From positions 108,934,001 to 108,998,000 of the forward strand of contig NC_042998.1 of the NCBI RefSeq assembly GCF_006345805.1: DNA of 64,000 nucleotides, given 5' to 3'. Below, piece by piece: positions 25,695 to 37,870 of the stretch. The stretch comes from Octopus sinensis (taxonomy: Eukaryota). The position numbers and the translations under genes are program-made. The stretch's first letter is position 1; the number at the start of each line of letters is the position of its first letter. A model generated the notes under the pieces. It worked only from the letters and a program-made list of their open reading frames with translations. It was not told the origin of the DNA and searched no databases.

Positions 25695-25859
25695 TCCTAT
25701 ATATATATATATATATTTAACGCTCTGTGTGTGTATGTTCACACACACATACACCTTCACTAGTCATATTTGGAAAGGCTTATCTCTCATTAACATTCAT
25801 ATTCAAATAGTATGACAACGTAAATCGATATACAATGAGGTTGGTATTTAGATACAAAT

Positions 25860-26310
25860 CAAAACAGAGAACGACGACAGAACGAAATCTGAATGAATAA
25901 CAATATATCTTTAATGGTATATTAATTAATATCTTTGCTGTTATAGTGCAATATGGAAAGATATGCTCTTTGCGAAACGTGATACTACACAAATGTTAAT
26001 TATATTCTAGCTATGTTTTGATTTTTGTGTATATTAATTTCGCGTTAAAACCACTATTCATAAGGGCCAAATTATACGCGCGTGTGTAATAATTATCACT
26101 GTCGAATTGTATAAAATAAGTTTTTTCTTTATTTTGAGTTGAACAAAAACATGTTACCACATCACCAGTGCTGTTCCATAGAGGCAAATCCATATTTTCT
26201 TTCACATAAGTGAGGATCCTATCTAAGATTGATTTGCTAATTTTTCCAAGGTCCGATTTAGTAGGATTAAATATGAACAAATTATCTAGAGTAATATGGT
26301 CATGCAATTA
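25860..26310 (-). mobile_element. Naiad-type PLE RT fragment, related to the 10650-12856 element
   Basis: ORF 26011..26307 contains NPTKSDLGKISKSILDRI, LPLWNSTGDV and FIQFD, followed by FCRRSLF. Confidence 0.87.
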
Positions 26311-26340
26311 TAATGACCAGAAAGTTGATTTTATATATGA

Positions 26341-27510
26341 CAAGCAGAAATACCCGGTGTTGCTCGGGTTAAAGAAAAATAATGAAATTTAAAAATGCCT
26401 TTTCGATCCCTAACTAGCATGAAACATAGACTACGCAGACCTCACCTCCTAGCAGCTGAGATACCAACTTTATACGTTAATAACCCGGTGGTTGCCAGGT
26501 TATTGAAAATAATGAAATTTAAGTATGCCTTTTAGATATCTAAGTAAAAGTAAACATGGATTATGCAGTTCTCAACAGTTATTAGATGAGGAACCAAGTG
26601 CATATGTCAATAACATATTTTGTCCAATGTTCTCACTGTTAAAATTTTTAAAAAGCAAGTAATTCTTTGTCTTTGCAACCACCTTTAATTGTTAGTACTT
26701 ATTTGAAACACGTTGAACCTGAAAATGCATACATTTGAGAAGAACCGCCTTCCGGGCGCTCCTCTCCTGTTGATAAATATATTTAACAAAAATTCTATCA
26801 GATGCCGTGAGTATACACAAATGTATTGAAATATATCCGACGATCAATCACAGTTTAATTATCTAGAGCTTCTAAATATACAATGTTTTGAGTATGTACT
26901 TTAATTGGTGTATACATGAAAATATTTTGGGGACTTCCAGCTTGTGAACATCTTACATATAATTGCTCATAAGAGAAGCAAGGTGAAGTCTAACAACCTT
27001 CAGAGACTATCCTAGAGATTTGTTTATTGGCATAGCGAAACTTAGTTTCACTGGGAACCGGAACGGTTTAAATTCAAAGGGGAGGTCATATATGATTAAC
27101 GGGATCCGTGGAATGGAGACATCCTCACCATTATAATTCCAAGTCATAATTGTTGCCTCTAGGACATGGGAGCGCATCATTTTCGCTACCAGTATGTATA
27201 GTGCCATTGCACAGAGGAAGTAGATTCTGATTCTTGCGCAGCATGATTGGAGCCCCTTTTTTAGGTGTTAAGTGGTGAGGTGATATCCCAGGTGACTCTA
27301 GAGAGTTCAGGAACACAGTTGAAAAAACTGCAACCTGATCCTGATCAATGATAATGCCGAGAGATTTGAAAAACTGTTCTTGTCTTGGCAACAGTTGCAT
27401 GAGATCCCAGTTCATTTTGTCGACAGCATCATTACGTGGAGCTAAGATGGCTCGCCCACAGAGCCATTGACTCTTGCTAAAGATTTATGCAATGTTTGGG
27501 AACACATGCA
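26341..27510 (-). mobile_element. Helitron 3' portion: Pif1-like helicase C-terminus, subterminal hairpin and CTTG end
   Basis: VFPNI..WLCGRAILAPRNDAVD, FLNSLESPGISPHHLTPKKGAPIMLR, LCNGT, GEDVSIPRIPL..LPFEFK..RFPVKLSFAMPINKSLGQSL, QLYVRCS. The minus strand ends cccgagcaacaccgggtatttctgcttg|t. Confidence 0.9.
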
Positions 27511-27599
27511 TTGAGATCATTGACAGTTTGTACCATCAACAGGGGTTGGGCTGTCCATAGAGGGTAAAAACAAATATGTCTTATATAAAACAGACCTGT

Positions 27600-27710
27600 T
27601 GACATATGAAGGGCAAAGTCGACCTCGGCGGAATTTTAAATCAGCGTTATTTCCATTGTTGCTACGTTCTAGGTATTTCGCATGACGTGCTAACAATTCT
27701 GCCAGCCCGA
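27600..27710 (-). mobile_element. SINE family A fragment
   Basis: atgaagggcaaagtcgacctcggcggaattt...gctaacaattctgccagc. Confidence 0.7.
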
Positions 27711-27717
27711 AGACTAA

Positions 27718-27774
27718 GATGCTGATGATGATGATGATGATGAATAAAGATGATGATGATAATGATGATGAATA

Positions 27775-27814
<40 letters not shown>

Positions 27815-27990
27815 CAGTAGTAGTAGTAGTAGTTGTTGTTGTTGTTGTTGTAGTAGTAGTAGTGGTGGTGGTGATGGTGGTGGTTTGGCATTAGTAGTAT
27901 TTGTTTTATTAGTATTAGCGACAGAACTTTAAGTTGTCGTGGTGATAGTAGTAAAGTAGAAGTGGTAGTGGTTAGCAATGATAGTAGTGA
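27718..27990. repeat. Compound trinucleotide microsatellite (GAT)n(TAG)n(TTG)n(GGT)n
   Basis: Direct reading. Confidence 0.9.
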
Positions 27991-28279
27991 TATATTAAGC
28001 AGATCTGTTCACATTGGAATTTTTTTTAGAGAAACGAAACTGTACATACAAAAATACAAATAGAAAGCGGGAGAAGAATATGAAAAATGAAAGCACTTTT
28101 AGAAATGCATTTTTAAAATCAGAAATCGTTGCATCAGTAATGATGTATACATACATGTGTGTGTACATAGCTGGTTACTTAGTTACTACGTCAGAACGCT
28201 AGGCACAGGAAGTTGACATTGACAAAACGGTTTGAAGAAGTGAATCTATATTATGTATATATATATATATTATATATAT

Positions 28280-28326
<47 letters not shown>

Positions 28327-28488
28327 CAATATTATTTATTTTTTATAGAAAAATAAATCAAGGCCGTACTATTATTTCCAAGGTCAAATTATTCATGTAC
28401 CCCAAGTAGGGTTAGGGTACAGATTGACCCAGAGGCTTGACCATGCATAGAGGACACACACTCACACACACACACACACTCAGATAAC

Positions 28489-28539
<51 letters not shown>

Positions 28540-30086
28540 TATATTCTACAAGATCTGTTACGATTTAATTAATTAGGCTATGTATCATGTAAATTGCTTA
28601 AAGCTCCTATTCGATGTTGAGAAGTGTGATATGTTTTAAAGCGGATTATAGTTAGGTGTGTGAGATTTTATACTGAATAAAAAAAAGCTCTCATTTCCTT
28701 GACTTTCCCTATATAACAAATAGTTTACATTAAAGAAGTGAGTTTCAAAAAGTTAATAACTAAAATTTGTTGTAGAATACCACAGAAAATATAGAAACAT
28801 TAATCTCTCTCTCACTCTCTCTCTCAGCCTCTATCTCTCTACCTTACTACAGTTACATACATACTTACATACGTATACATGTGTGTTTGTGTGTGCGTTT
28901 ATGTATGTGTGTGCATTTATGAATAAATGGGTATACTAGATAACGAAGAGAAATACGAAAATCTCTTGAAAGCATATTTGGCAAAGCATTTTGTCATGAA
29001 AATTCTGCTAGTAAGATCAATGCATCAATTCTATTGAGTACAATTTCGTATGTTCATCATCGCATGGAACTCACTAAATGAGAATTGAAAGTTTAAACAG
29101 AGGTTTGTTTTGGATTAATCCATTAGGTGTAATCTATTTACGTATATACTCAACTAAAGTCTACAGAAAATCGAATTTAGCATTAGAAACTTAAAATAAG
29201 CATGATTTGATACCAAAAGTAAATCCAAGGAATATACTTCCATATTTTACCGTATGTATGTATGTATGTATTTATGTGGTAGAAAAGCACTCGATATAAG
29301 CTAAAAGTGTAAAGATAATCTTATAAAAAAACCCACAAATTTTGTAAATACAGCTACTTAGGTTTTTCTTTTTTGAAATGAAAATTTATTCTGCGATTTA
29401 TCAAGCTCAGAAACAAGATTGTTTGTCAGTTGCGTTTTGAGCCGAAAACGTTCAAACAAGAGATGCTGTTAAAAGTGAAGACAAGAAGAAAAATACAAAG
29501 AAGATAACCAGCATTACAGTAATTCGATGCAAAGCAGGCGTAAGCCAGTTACTAATGCTATACTAATTGTCCGGTGGTCTACCGACAAGATATATTTCTT
29601 GTACTGCGAGCATTCAGGAAATAACTCGTTCCTCGAATTTATGTATTTGTTGGAGGTTCAAGATTTTAAGGGATACAATTTTGCAAGAGAACACATTGAG
29701 CATTTTTGGAACCGTTAATATAACCGTTAATATATGCTATAAAGTAATTTAGATAACTGTTTAGAAGTAATATAGACGTTTCTCGTCTTTGCTTCTCGCA
29801 TAGACGTTAAAGTGACTCCAAACCTGCCTCTAAATTCGAATGCTATTTTTAAAATACCACTTATCCTACAATGCTGATTGGATTCGTTACGACCGATGTA
29901 TCACCACACCTGTTTGATAAGTGTTTAAAATTTAACCTGAAAGTGATGGATTGTATGTTATGATGTAATCTATGAATACATCAATAAAATCCTACTAAAA
30001 CAGCTATCGTAAATTTTAATCCACATTTGTGTTACTTGACACACACACACATACACAAACACATACACACACACACACACACACAT

Positions 30087-30173
<87 letters not shown>

Positions 30174-30404
30174 AGACACAGACACTAGTCTAGGATCACA
30201 ACATAACAGAGCTGTCTGCCTATGGACCAAAAGCCCCCGTGATCACCATAGTGATATTGATCACTCATTCTCAGTGTTCGATATATACGTGTATATTTAT
30301 GTATATATATATACATATACACACATATATATATATATATATATTCACGTATATGATCATGTGTAGGTATATATTGCAAGAAACAACTGAAAGTTCCGCA
30401 TATG

Positions 30405-30601
30405 AGCGGACACGGGGATGTGTGGTAAGAAGCCTGCTTCCCAACCACATTGATCTGGATTCAGTCCATCTGTTATACCTTGGGCAAGAGACTTCTACTA
30501 TATTCTCGCGTCTACCAAATCTACACACACCTTGTGAGGGATTCGTAGATGAGAACGGAAAGAAGGTCATTGTGTGCTTGTGTGCGTGGCGTGTGTGTGT
30601 G

Positions 30602-30663
<62 letters not shown>

Positions 30664-30985
30664 TTATTTGCGTAATCAGATAAAAAACCAAGCCCGTATA
30701 GATATTAGAACATTTATAGATAGAAGGTCTTACAGCTGTTTCCAAGTTATTAATTAATAATCCTGGAAACAGCTGTAAGACCTTCTATCTATAAATGCTC
30801 TAATATCTATACACCCTTGGTTTTTATCTCATTACGCAAAAATTCCATATATACACACGCTGACATAGAACCAACGTTGAACACTTTATTCGCAATATTA
30901 CCGAATCTGGAACTTAACTATCGTTTGTCTATAGCCCTTATTCAGCATTACCTGACACCTTTGGGTCTCAATGACACCATTATCT

Positions 30986-31061
<76 letters not shown>

Positions 31062-31560
31062 GTATGTATGTATGTATATATGTATGTATGAATGGATGTA
31101 TGTATGTATACATGCATATACATATATATATGCGTAAATGTAGAACGTTGGAATGTGTGCTCATCAGCGCATTGGTGGATAAGTAATTTTTTTTATTTGT
31201 GAATTAAGCCTACCATTGGTTTCATGATACTTCCCTACTCTTCTTACATGAAACCGATGGTAGCCTTGATTCACAAATAAAGAATATATATATATATGTA
31301 TGTATTTATGTATGTATGTATGTATATATATGGATGCATGTGTGTGTGTGGAGTGTTTTTGCTTTTCTGTTTGCTCCCAACCACAGTTTGACAACCAATG
31401 TTGGTTTGTTTACGTCCCCTAACTGAGCGTTTCGGCTAAAGAGTCCGACAGAATAAGTACCAGGCTGGAAAACATATGTATGGAGTCGATTCCGTCGATT
31501 AAAAAGTCTTTTAAGCGATGCCACAGAATTGCCACAATCTAATGAATGAAAGGAATAAGG
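30405..31560 (+). mobile_element. SINE family C split by insertions in its internal microsatellite
   Basis: tRNA-like head gtggtaagaagcctgcttcccaaccac at about 30420; tail gtttacgtcccctaactgagcgtttcggc..agaataagtacc at about 31400-31550. Confidence 0.7.
30660..30848. repeat. Imperfect fold-back palindrome B (MITE-like) in (TA)n
   Basis: Arms of about 85 bp around ttattaattaataa. Confidence 0.9.
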
Positions 31561-32591
31561 CATATATGTATATGTAATTTAAATTCTATAAAAAAGGCAA
31601 TATAATAAAATCTTTACTATTTTAACACGTAGAGTATTCCAATAACAGAATTGTAAATCCTCAATATATATTTATGGCTGACTTTCTACGTTTAACTCAA
31701 TTAGTATTCCGTTAATCTAATAGGTCAAATAGTCATTGAAAACTATATTTTGCATAATAATTTACCATTAAATACATTTAAATTATATCCCAAGAACATC
31801 CAAGAACTTCGTCAATTTCCCCTATGTCTTCCTTTTGAATCAAAAGAAAATAATCCTTAGTATTTTAATAGTGTATTTTTCTATATTTGACTATTATTGA
31901 TTCATAAAATGCAATTGCTATAAATAATAACCATTCATATTGCAGCAAACAAAAGTTTTCTTATTTTATTTGACAATGCACCAAATAAGAGTCACTTGCT
32001 TATTGGTTCTTTGTTGTTCTAATTTTATCTTTAAAATTTCAATATAGGTTTCAATATATCTATTCATTTAATTTATTTTTCTTTCTTTGTCTGAATTGCA
32101 TTTCAAGCAATTTCCTTTCATTTGCATTTTTTTTTTATAATTTCAGGTAAGAAAATCAATTATTCTAAAATAAATGAATGAAATTAATAAAAAAGTATAT
32201 ACAAGAAAAACGTGAGTGCATATTTTCTTTACAAAGACATATTCTATACATTCCTTGTTTCAGCATATCAAGTCTACAAATAAATATCTCACATTACGTG
32301 ACTGAATAACATGATATACATGAACATCTTAATAACTAGGATCAATTCTGAATTGAGTAGTCTTTGTTTACATCACTGCATGATATATAATATTAACACA
32401 CTCACAGGCATATACATACAATTAAAAACACATTTCTCGTTCACGGACACACAGATGTATGATATAGGCATAGCTATCTATCTATCTATCTATATATCTA
32501 TCTATCTATCTATCTATCTATGAATCGAAATAATTTCAGCTCACGCGCCAGCATTCAGAACGGACGTTAAATAATGATAATGATAATATAT

Positions 32592-32646
<55 letters not shown>

Positions 32647-32667
32647 ATATATATATAAACATATATA

Positions 32668-32821
32668 TATAAACATCTTATAATTAAGGGCTAAAGAAGG
32701 TTATTCTATAGCCAATACACTGATTTATCCACTTATAATCCATAAGTGGATTATAAGTGGATAAATCAGTGTATTGGGTATAGAATAACCTTCTTTAGCC
32801 CTTAATTATAAGATGTTTATA
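32668..32821. repeat. Fold-back palindrome C (about 75-bp arms, 4-nt loop)
   Basis: One mismatch between the arms; loop taag. Confidence 0.95.
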
Positions 32822-32910
32822 CTTCAACCGTAAAGGTTCTTTTAATATACTACCATGCTTTTTGATGGAATCCTTTTCTGTAGAGAAAGGGACTTCATCC
32901 TATATTGTTA

Positions 32911-32967
<57 letters not shown>

Positions 32968-33002
32968 ATATATATACATATAACATATATACAAATATAT
33001 AT

Positions 33003-33056
<54 letters not shown>

Positions 33057-33065
33057 TACATATAT

Positions 33066-33106
<41 letters not shown>

Positions 33107-33220
33107 ATAAAAATGGTAAATAATTTTCCTGTGGTTTTTCATGTAACCAACAATTATTTACCGGTAAATTTCGGTATGTAAATACGACAAATTAATTGTC
33201 AGGACCTTTGTAAGGTTCAG

Positions 33221-33809
33221 TATATAGTAAAGAAAATAAGGTGGCTAGCAGCAGGCTGTTTCGCCTCATACCGAAGGAATTAGAAATGGCAGTCAAAGAC
33301 CGTTTTTTCCATTTCTATAAGTGGAGATTCCAAAAACGAAGGCCCTTACGGCTCACATACACAAAATCGGAGTGGCAAATATACGAAGGCAGTCACTTAC
33401 CGTTAATAGCGAACACCGTGTTTCTGGATCACAAACATATAAAAAAAAGGGAGTTTGAATTCCGTCATCAGCGCTATATTCGATAGCTTTACCAAATGCC
33501 ACCAGCCCTCACTTCTGACCCAGCGACATCAGATAGTGGGGGGGAAGTGCGCTGATGACGGAATTCAAACTCCCTTTTTTTTTATATGTTTGTGATCCAG
33601 AAACACGGTGTTCGCTATTAACGGTAAGTGACTGCCTTCGTATATTTGCCACTCCGATTTTGTGTATGTGAGCCGTAAGGGCCTTCGTTTTTGGAATCTC
33701 CACTTATAGAAATGGAAAAAACGGTCTTTGACTGCCATTTCTAATTCTAATTCCTTCGGTGTGAGGCGAAACAGCCTGCTGCTAGCCACCTTATTTTCTT
33801 TACTATATA
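33221..33809. repeat. Fold-back element D (about 255-bp arms, 74-nt spacer)
   Basis: 33221-33474 vs 33549-33809 are near-perfect reverse complements; paired ORFs 33241+ and 33565- translate almost identically. Confidence 0.95.
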
Positions 33810-34580
33810 TATATATATATATATATATAGTGAAATTATTAGAAATTGCTACTTAAGGGGGCAGTATCGCTTCCAAGTTTATTTTTTTACATTAAGAAAT
33901 CATTATCAAAGAGTGAAAAGAGCATATATATATATATCCATATAATTCTTTCATTTTCATGATAGAAGTTTTTCAATGTCTCTAGTAGCCATGGAAGGTA
34001 TTATTTCGTTCTCTTTCTAGACCCTTCAGCACGGAATAACTCGACATTTAAACGTTAATTATTCTAAATCCATTGAAAAAAAAACTCCCTGTTTCATCCT
34101 TTTTCTCCTTCTAACAGTCGAAGAAAGAAGGGAAGAGAGAAGAGATGGAGGGGGGAGGGGAAACACCTTACATGTTTTGGGATATTTTTTAAATAACTTG
34201 CAATTTTTTGTTTTTAATAGTTCCAGTACAGACTTGGCTTTTGCAATGGTTTTCTGTGTAGTTGCATATAGTGTTTTACCACGGACGCATACACAGCTCT
34301 TGGATGCGTTTAACTGGTGCAAATAAGGAATTTCTGGCTGTATTTTCACTTTGAGCTATCAGTCAGAATGATTCAGAATCAGTATCCTTTTATTTCACCT
34401 CGCCGTGGCACTCTGCCATCTGTTTCTGTGGATAACATTTGAAATCTGGCCAGCATTTCATAAACACGCAGTAGAATTACTGGGAATTGTTACTTAAGGG
34501 GAGAAAATCGATTCTAAGTATACTTTCCTTATGTTCAGAAATCATTATGTGAAAAGAGAATATATATATATATATATTAT

Positions 34581-34616
<36 letters not shown>

Positions 34617-34619
34617 GGG

Positions 34620-34790
34620 AGAGTTTATGAATAAAACAAAAGACGAAGACAGGTGGTGTACAAAACAAACAGATGTATTAGTATAACGCTCAGGAATAGA
34701 AAAAGTCTTTTACGTTTCGAGCCTACGCTCATCTACAGAAAGGGACACAGAAAAAAAAAGGAGAGACAAAAATGTGTGTAGTGGCTAATA
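34620..34790 (-). mobile_element. Short PLE pLTR-like repeat carrying a minimal hammerhead-like motif (34707-34742)
   Basis: Minus strand reads cttt CTGTAGA t gagc gtag gctc GAAAC GTA aaag; shares acgctcaggaa with the 40060 repeat. Confidence 0.55.
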
Positions 34791-34799
34791 TATATCCCT

Positions 34800-34980
34800 T
34801 AGTGGTTAGGGCAATCGTGAGGTCTGAGTTCCATTCCTTGAGCAAGACACTTATTTTTTTCACGTTGCTCTATTTCACTCAGCTGGCAAAAATAAGTTGT
34901 AACTGTAATTTGAAGGACCAGCCTTGTCACATTCTGTGTCACGCTAAATGACTCTGAGAACTACGTTAAGGTTGGTCCGC
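34800..34980 (+). mobile_element. SINE family B
   Basis: tagtggttagg..ttgagcaagacacttatt..cactcagctggcaaaa. Confidence 0.75.
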
Positions 34981-35027
34981 TTATTGGACAAATTGGACCC
35001 TCGTCGTCGTAACCGTCAGAGTGCCAG

Positions 35028-35090
<63 letters not shown>

Positions 35091-35164
35091 CGTGTGTGTG
35101 TGTGTGTGTATGTGTGTGTGTGTAAGTATGTCTGTATACGTATATGCATGTATGTATGCATGCA

Positions 35165-35322
35165 TAGGCGCAGCTGTAGCTGTGTGGTAAGAAGCCTACT
35201 TCCATATTTTTCCGGGTTCAGTCCCATTGCATGCCATTTTGGCAAGTGTCATATACTATGGCTTTAGGCAGACCAATCCCTTGTGAGTCGATTTGGTAGA
35301 CGGAAATTGAAAGAAGCCTGTC

Positions 35323-35385
<63 letters not shown>

Positions 35386-35676
35386 CTAACAGCCCTTCCT
35401 GTTTGTCTTCGTCGATTGTTTACTCTGTATGTCCACTCTGTTTGTTCGTTCGAAGCCCTAACTTTCCAGAAATGTTATATTTTAAAAATTTCTGGATGCT
35501 GCTGTCTTGTGAAGTTTTCCTATCTTGTCATCGAGGGCTCGAAGTAGGGAATGATATACAGTCGACAGCTGAGGTGAGGTTGGACTTCTTTTGGTATTTT
35601 ATCCTATACTTGTCTCTCGTGTGTTTATGCGTTTTTCGCTCGTTGGTGGTGTCCTGTACTCAATGTGTATTATATG

Positions 35677-35713
<37 letters not shown>

Positions 35714-35980
35714 ATGTGTGTGTGTGTGTGTGTGTGTATGTATATATATATATATACATATACACACCTGTGTATCTGTCTGTATGTTTCTTCCCTACCA
35801 TTGCCTGAAGGTAGGTTTTGGTGTGTTTATATCCCCGTAACTTAGAGGTTCGGTAACGTGACTGACCGAATTAGCGCCAGGCATAAAAAGAAAAAAATCA
35901 AGTGCTGGGGTTGATTGATACGACGAAAACTCCTCAACGCCCCAGCATGACCGCAGTCTAATGACTAAAACAAGTAAAAT
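35165..35980 (+). mobile_element. SINE family C with an insert (about 35380-35660) in its internal (TA)n
   Basis: Head 35165-35325, tail 35800-35980; the insert shares gtcttcgtc/ctgtttgtt words with the 34620 repeat. Confidence 0.7.
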
Positions 35981-36613
35981 AATATTCTTTTAGTGGTTTG
36001 AGTCGTATGACTACGGTCATGCTGGATACCGTCATGATATACTTTCTTTCAGTATTGTTTTTGTTTTATGGTTGTTAGTTTGTCTGTGGTTGAGTTTGCA
36101 GTAGATGATCTTTCCTTGGTTGGGTGCTTGAATTATTAGCTGGTCCGGTATTATCTCCAATGTATTTAAAAAAAATTTTCAGTATAGGTTCCTGATGTAC
36201 TTTTGTGATTTCTTTATGTAGGCAGTTGAACGCACATTCAAACACACACATATAAATACATATAACAAAATGTACATCATTCGAATGTAAATTTACACAA
36301 GTAACTCAAGAGCCACCCCCTAATGCGTTTATGAAACCTCTTTCACCTCCCCTCTGCGTTCATGTGTGTGTTTATGTGTAGCTTTCTCTCTAAGTGTTCG
36401 TGACTTGGACATCCATCGAGAAAGGAAGCAACTGTTTTATTATGAAACAACTTTTTACTCACCAGAGGAATTACTTAAACATGCAAACTTTAGAGTAGCA
36501 ATTAAGCTGACAGGTGTAATTAAATTTTAAATATATCGCTTCTCTGAGAAGATCTGCATTAATTTGTTAATAAATATTGTGTGAGAGAACAAAAGTGGAC
36601 TACATATCACTAT

Positions 36614-36692
<79 letters not shown>

Positions 36693-36802
36693 TACATATA
36701 CACACATTTATGTACGTAGATATATATATATATATATACGTATATATATATATACATATGTATATGTATACACATATGCATACATGCATACACACTCACA
36801 AA

Positions 36803-36921
<119 letters not shown>

Positions 36922-37399
36922 CATACAGTGGGAATTATTGCATGATATTTAAACGCAATATTTTTTGCAATTGTTTTTTATGAATCAATGGCAGTCAAAT
37001 GTAGAAAATGCACTATTAAAATGTGTTTGAATATTTCAATATTAAGGAGATCTTTTCAATATGAAGCGCTATTTCTACCATATGCTTTGCGATTTATTTG
37101 TAACCTCAACGTAGACATTCACTTACGTTTTTTCTAAATGCTCATGAGCTATAATTTAGACACTAATATATAATTTCTGCCGCTTAAATTACAACATCCA
37201 CTACAGCAAATGCTATCGCCATTTCGAAAACTGTTAGCACCGGCTAAAACACCTACAAATGAGCCTCGAAGTTGTTCGTTCTGTCGGAAGCATTTAAATC
37301 TCTCAAGTGACACACTTATCTGCCTTACTTTAGGAAGGAACTCTTTTATTTATGTAGTCTTGCATAACCCTAAGAACAAGTGATATACTGATATGCTGT

Positions 37400-37625
37400 T
37401 ATGTGCTGGCAGAAACGTTAGCACGCCGGGCGAAATGCGCAGCCGTATTTCGTCTGCCGTTACGTTCTGAGTTCAAATTCCGCCGAGGTCGACTTTGTCT
37501 TTCATCCTCTCGGGGTCGATAAATTAAGTTCCAGTTACGCACTGGGGTCGATATAATTGACTTAATCCATTTGTCTGTCCTTGTTTGTCCCCTCTGTGTT
37601 TAGCCCCTTGTGGGTAGTAAATAAA
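37400..37625 (+). mobile_element. SINE family A, well-preserved copy
   Basis: ctggcagaaacgttagcacgccgggcgaaatg (A-box-like), gagttcaaattcc (B box), gccgaggtcgactttgtctttcatcctctcggggtcgataaattaag. Confidence 0.88.
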
Positions 37626-37639
37626 TAGATATTCTATTA

Positions 37640-37870
37640 TGTGTTTACTCAACCGGTGTTGCCTTGGAACCAAAGAAACGTACCCAACAACTAGGGAGTG
37701 TTTACAACGTCGCTTAACCTGCAAAAAACAACAGCTAAATATTCTTCATATAATGCATCAAAGTATTAAATAAAGGGAGAATAACATATTAGAAAGTTTA
37801 GTTCTAAATTCCCTTAAAATGATTCAGACAATCATGGCTGGAATATTCGAAAACTTATCAACATTGACAT
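37640..37870 (-). repeat. Interspersed repeat family D (related pieces at about 1770-1830 +, 56930-57150 +, 57585-57720 -)
   Basis: Shared tttagctgctatt.ctag..g.t.ag.ga.ca-type word. Confidence 0.5.
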
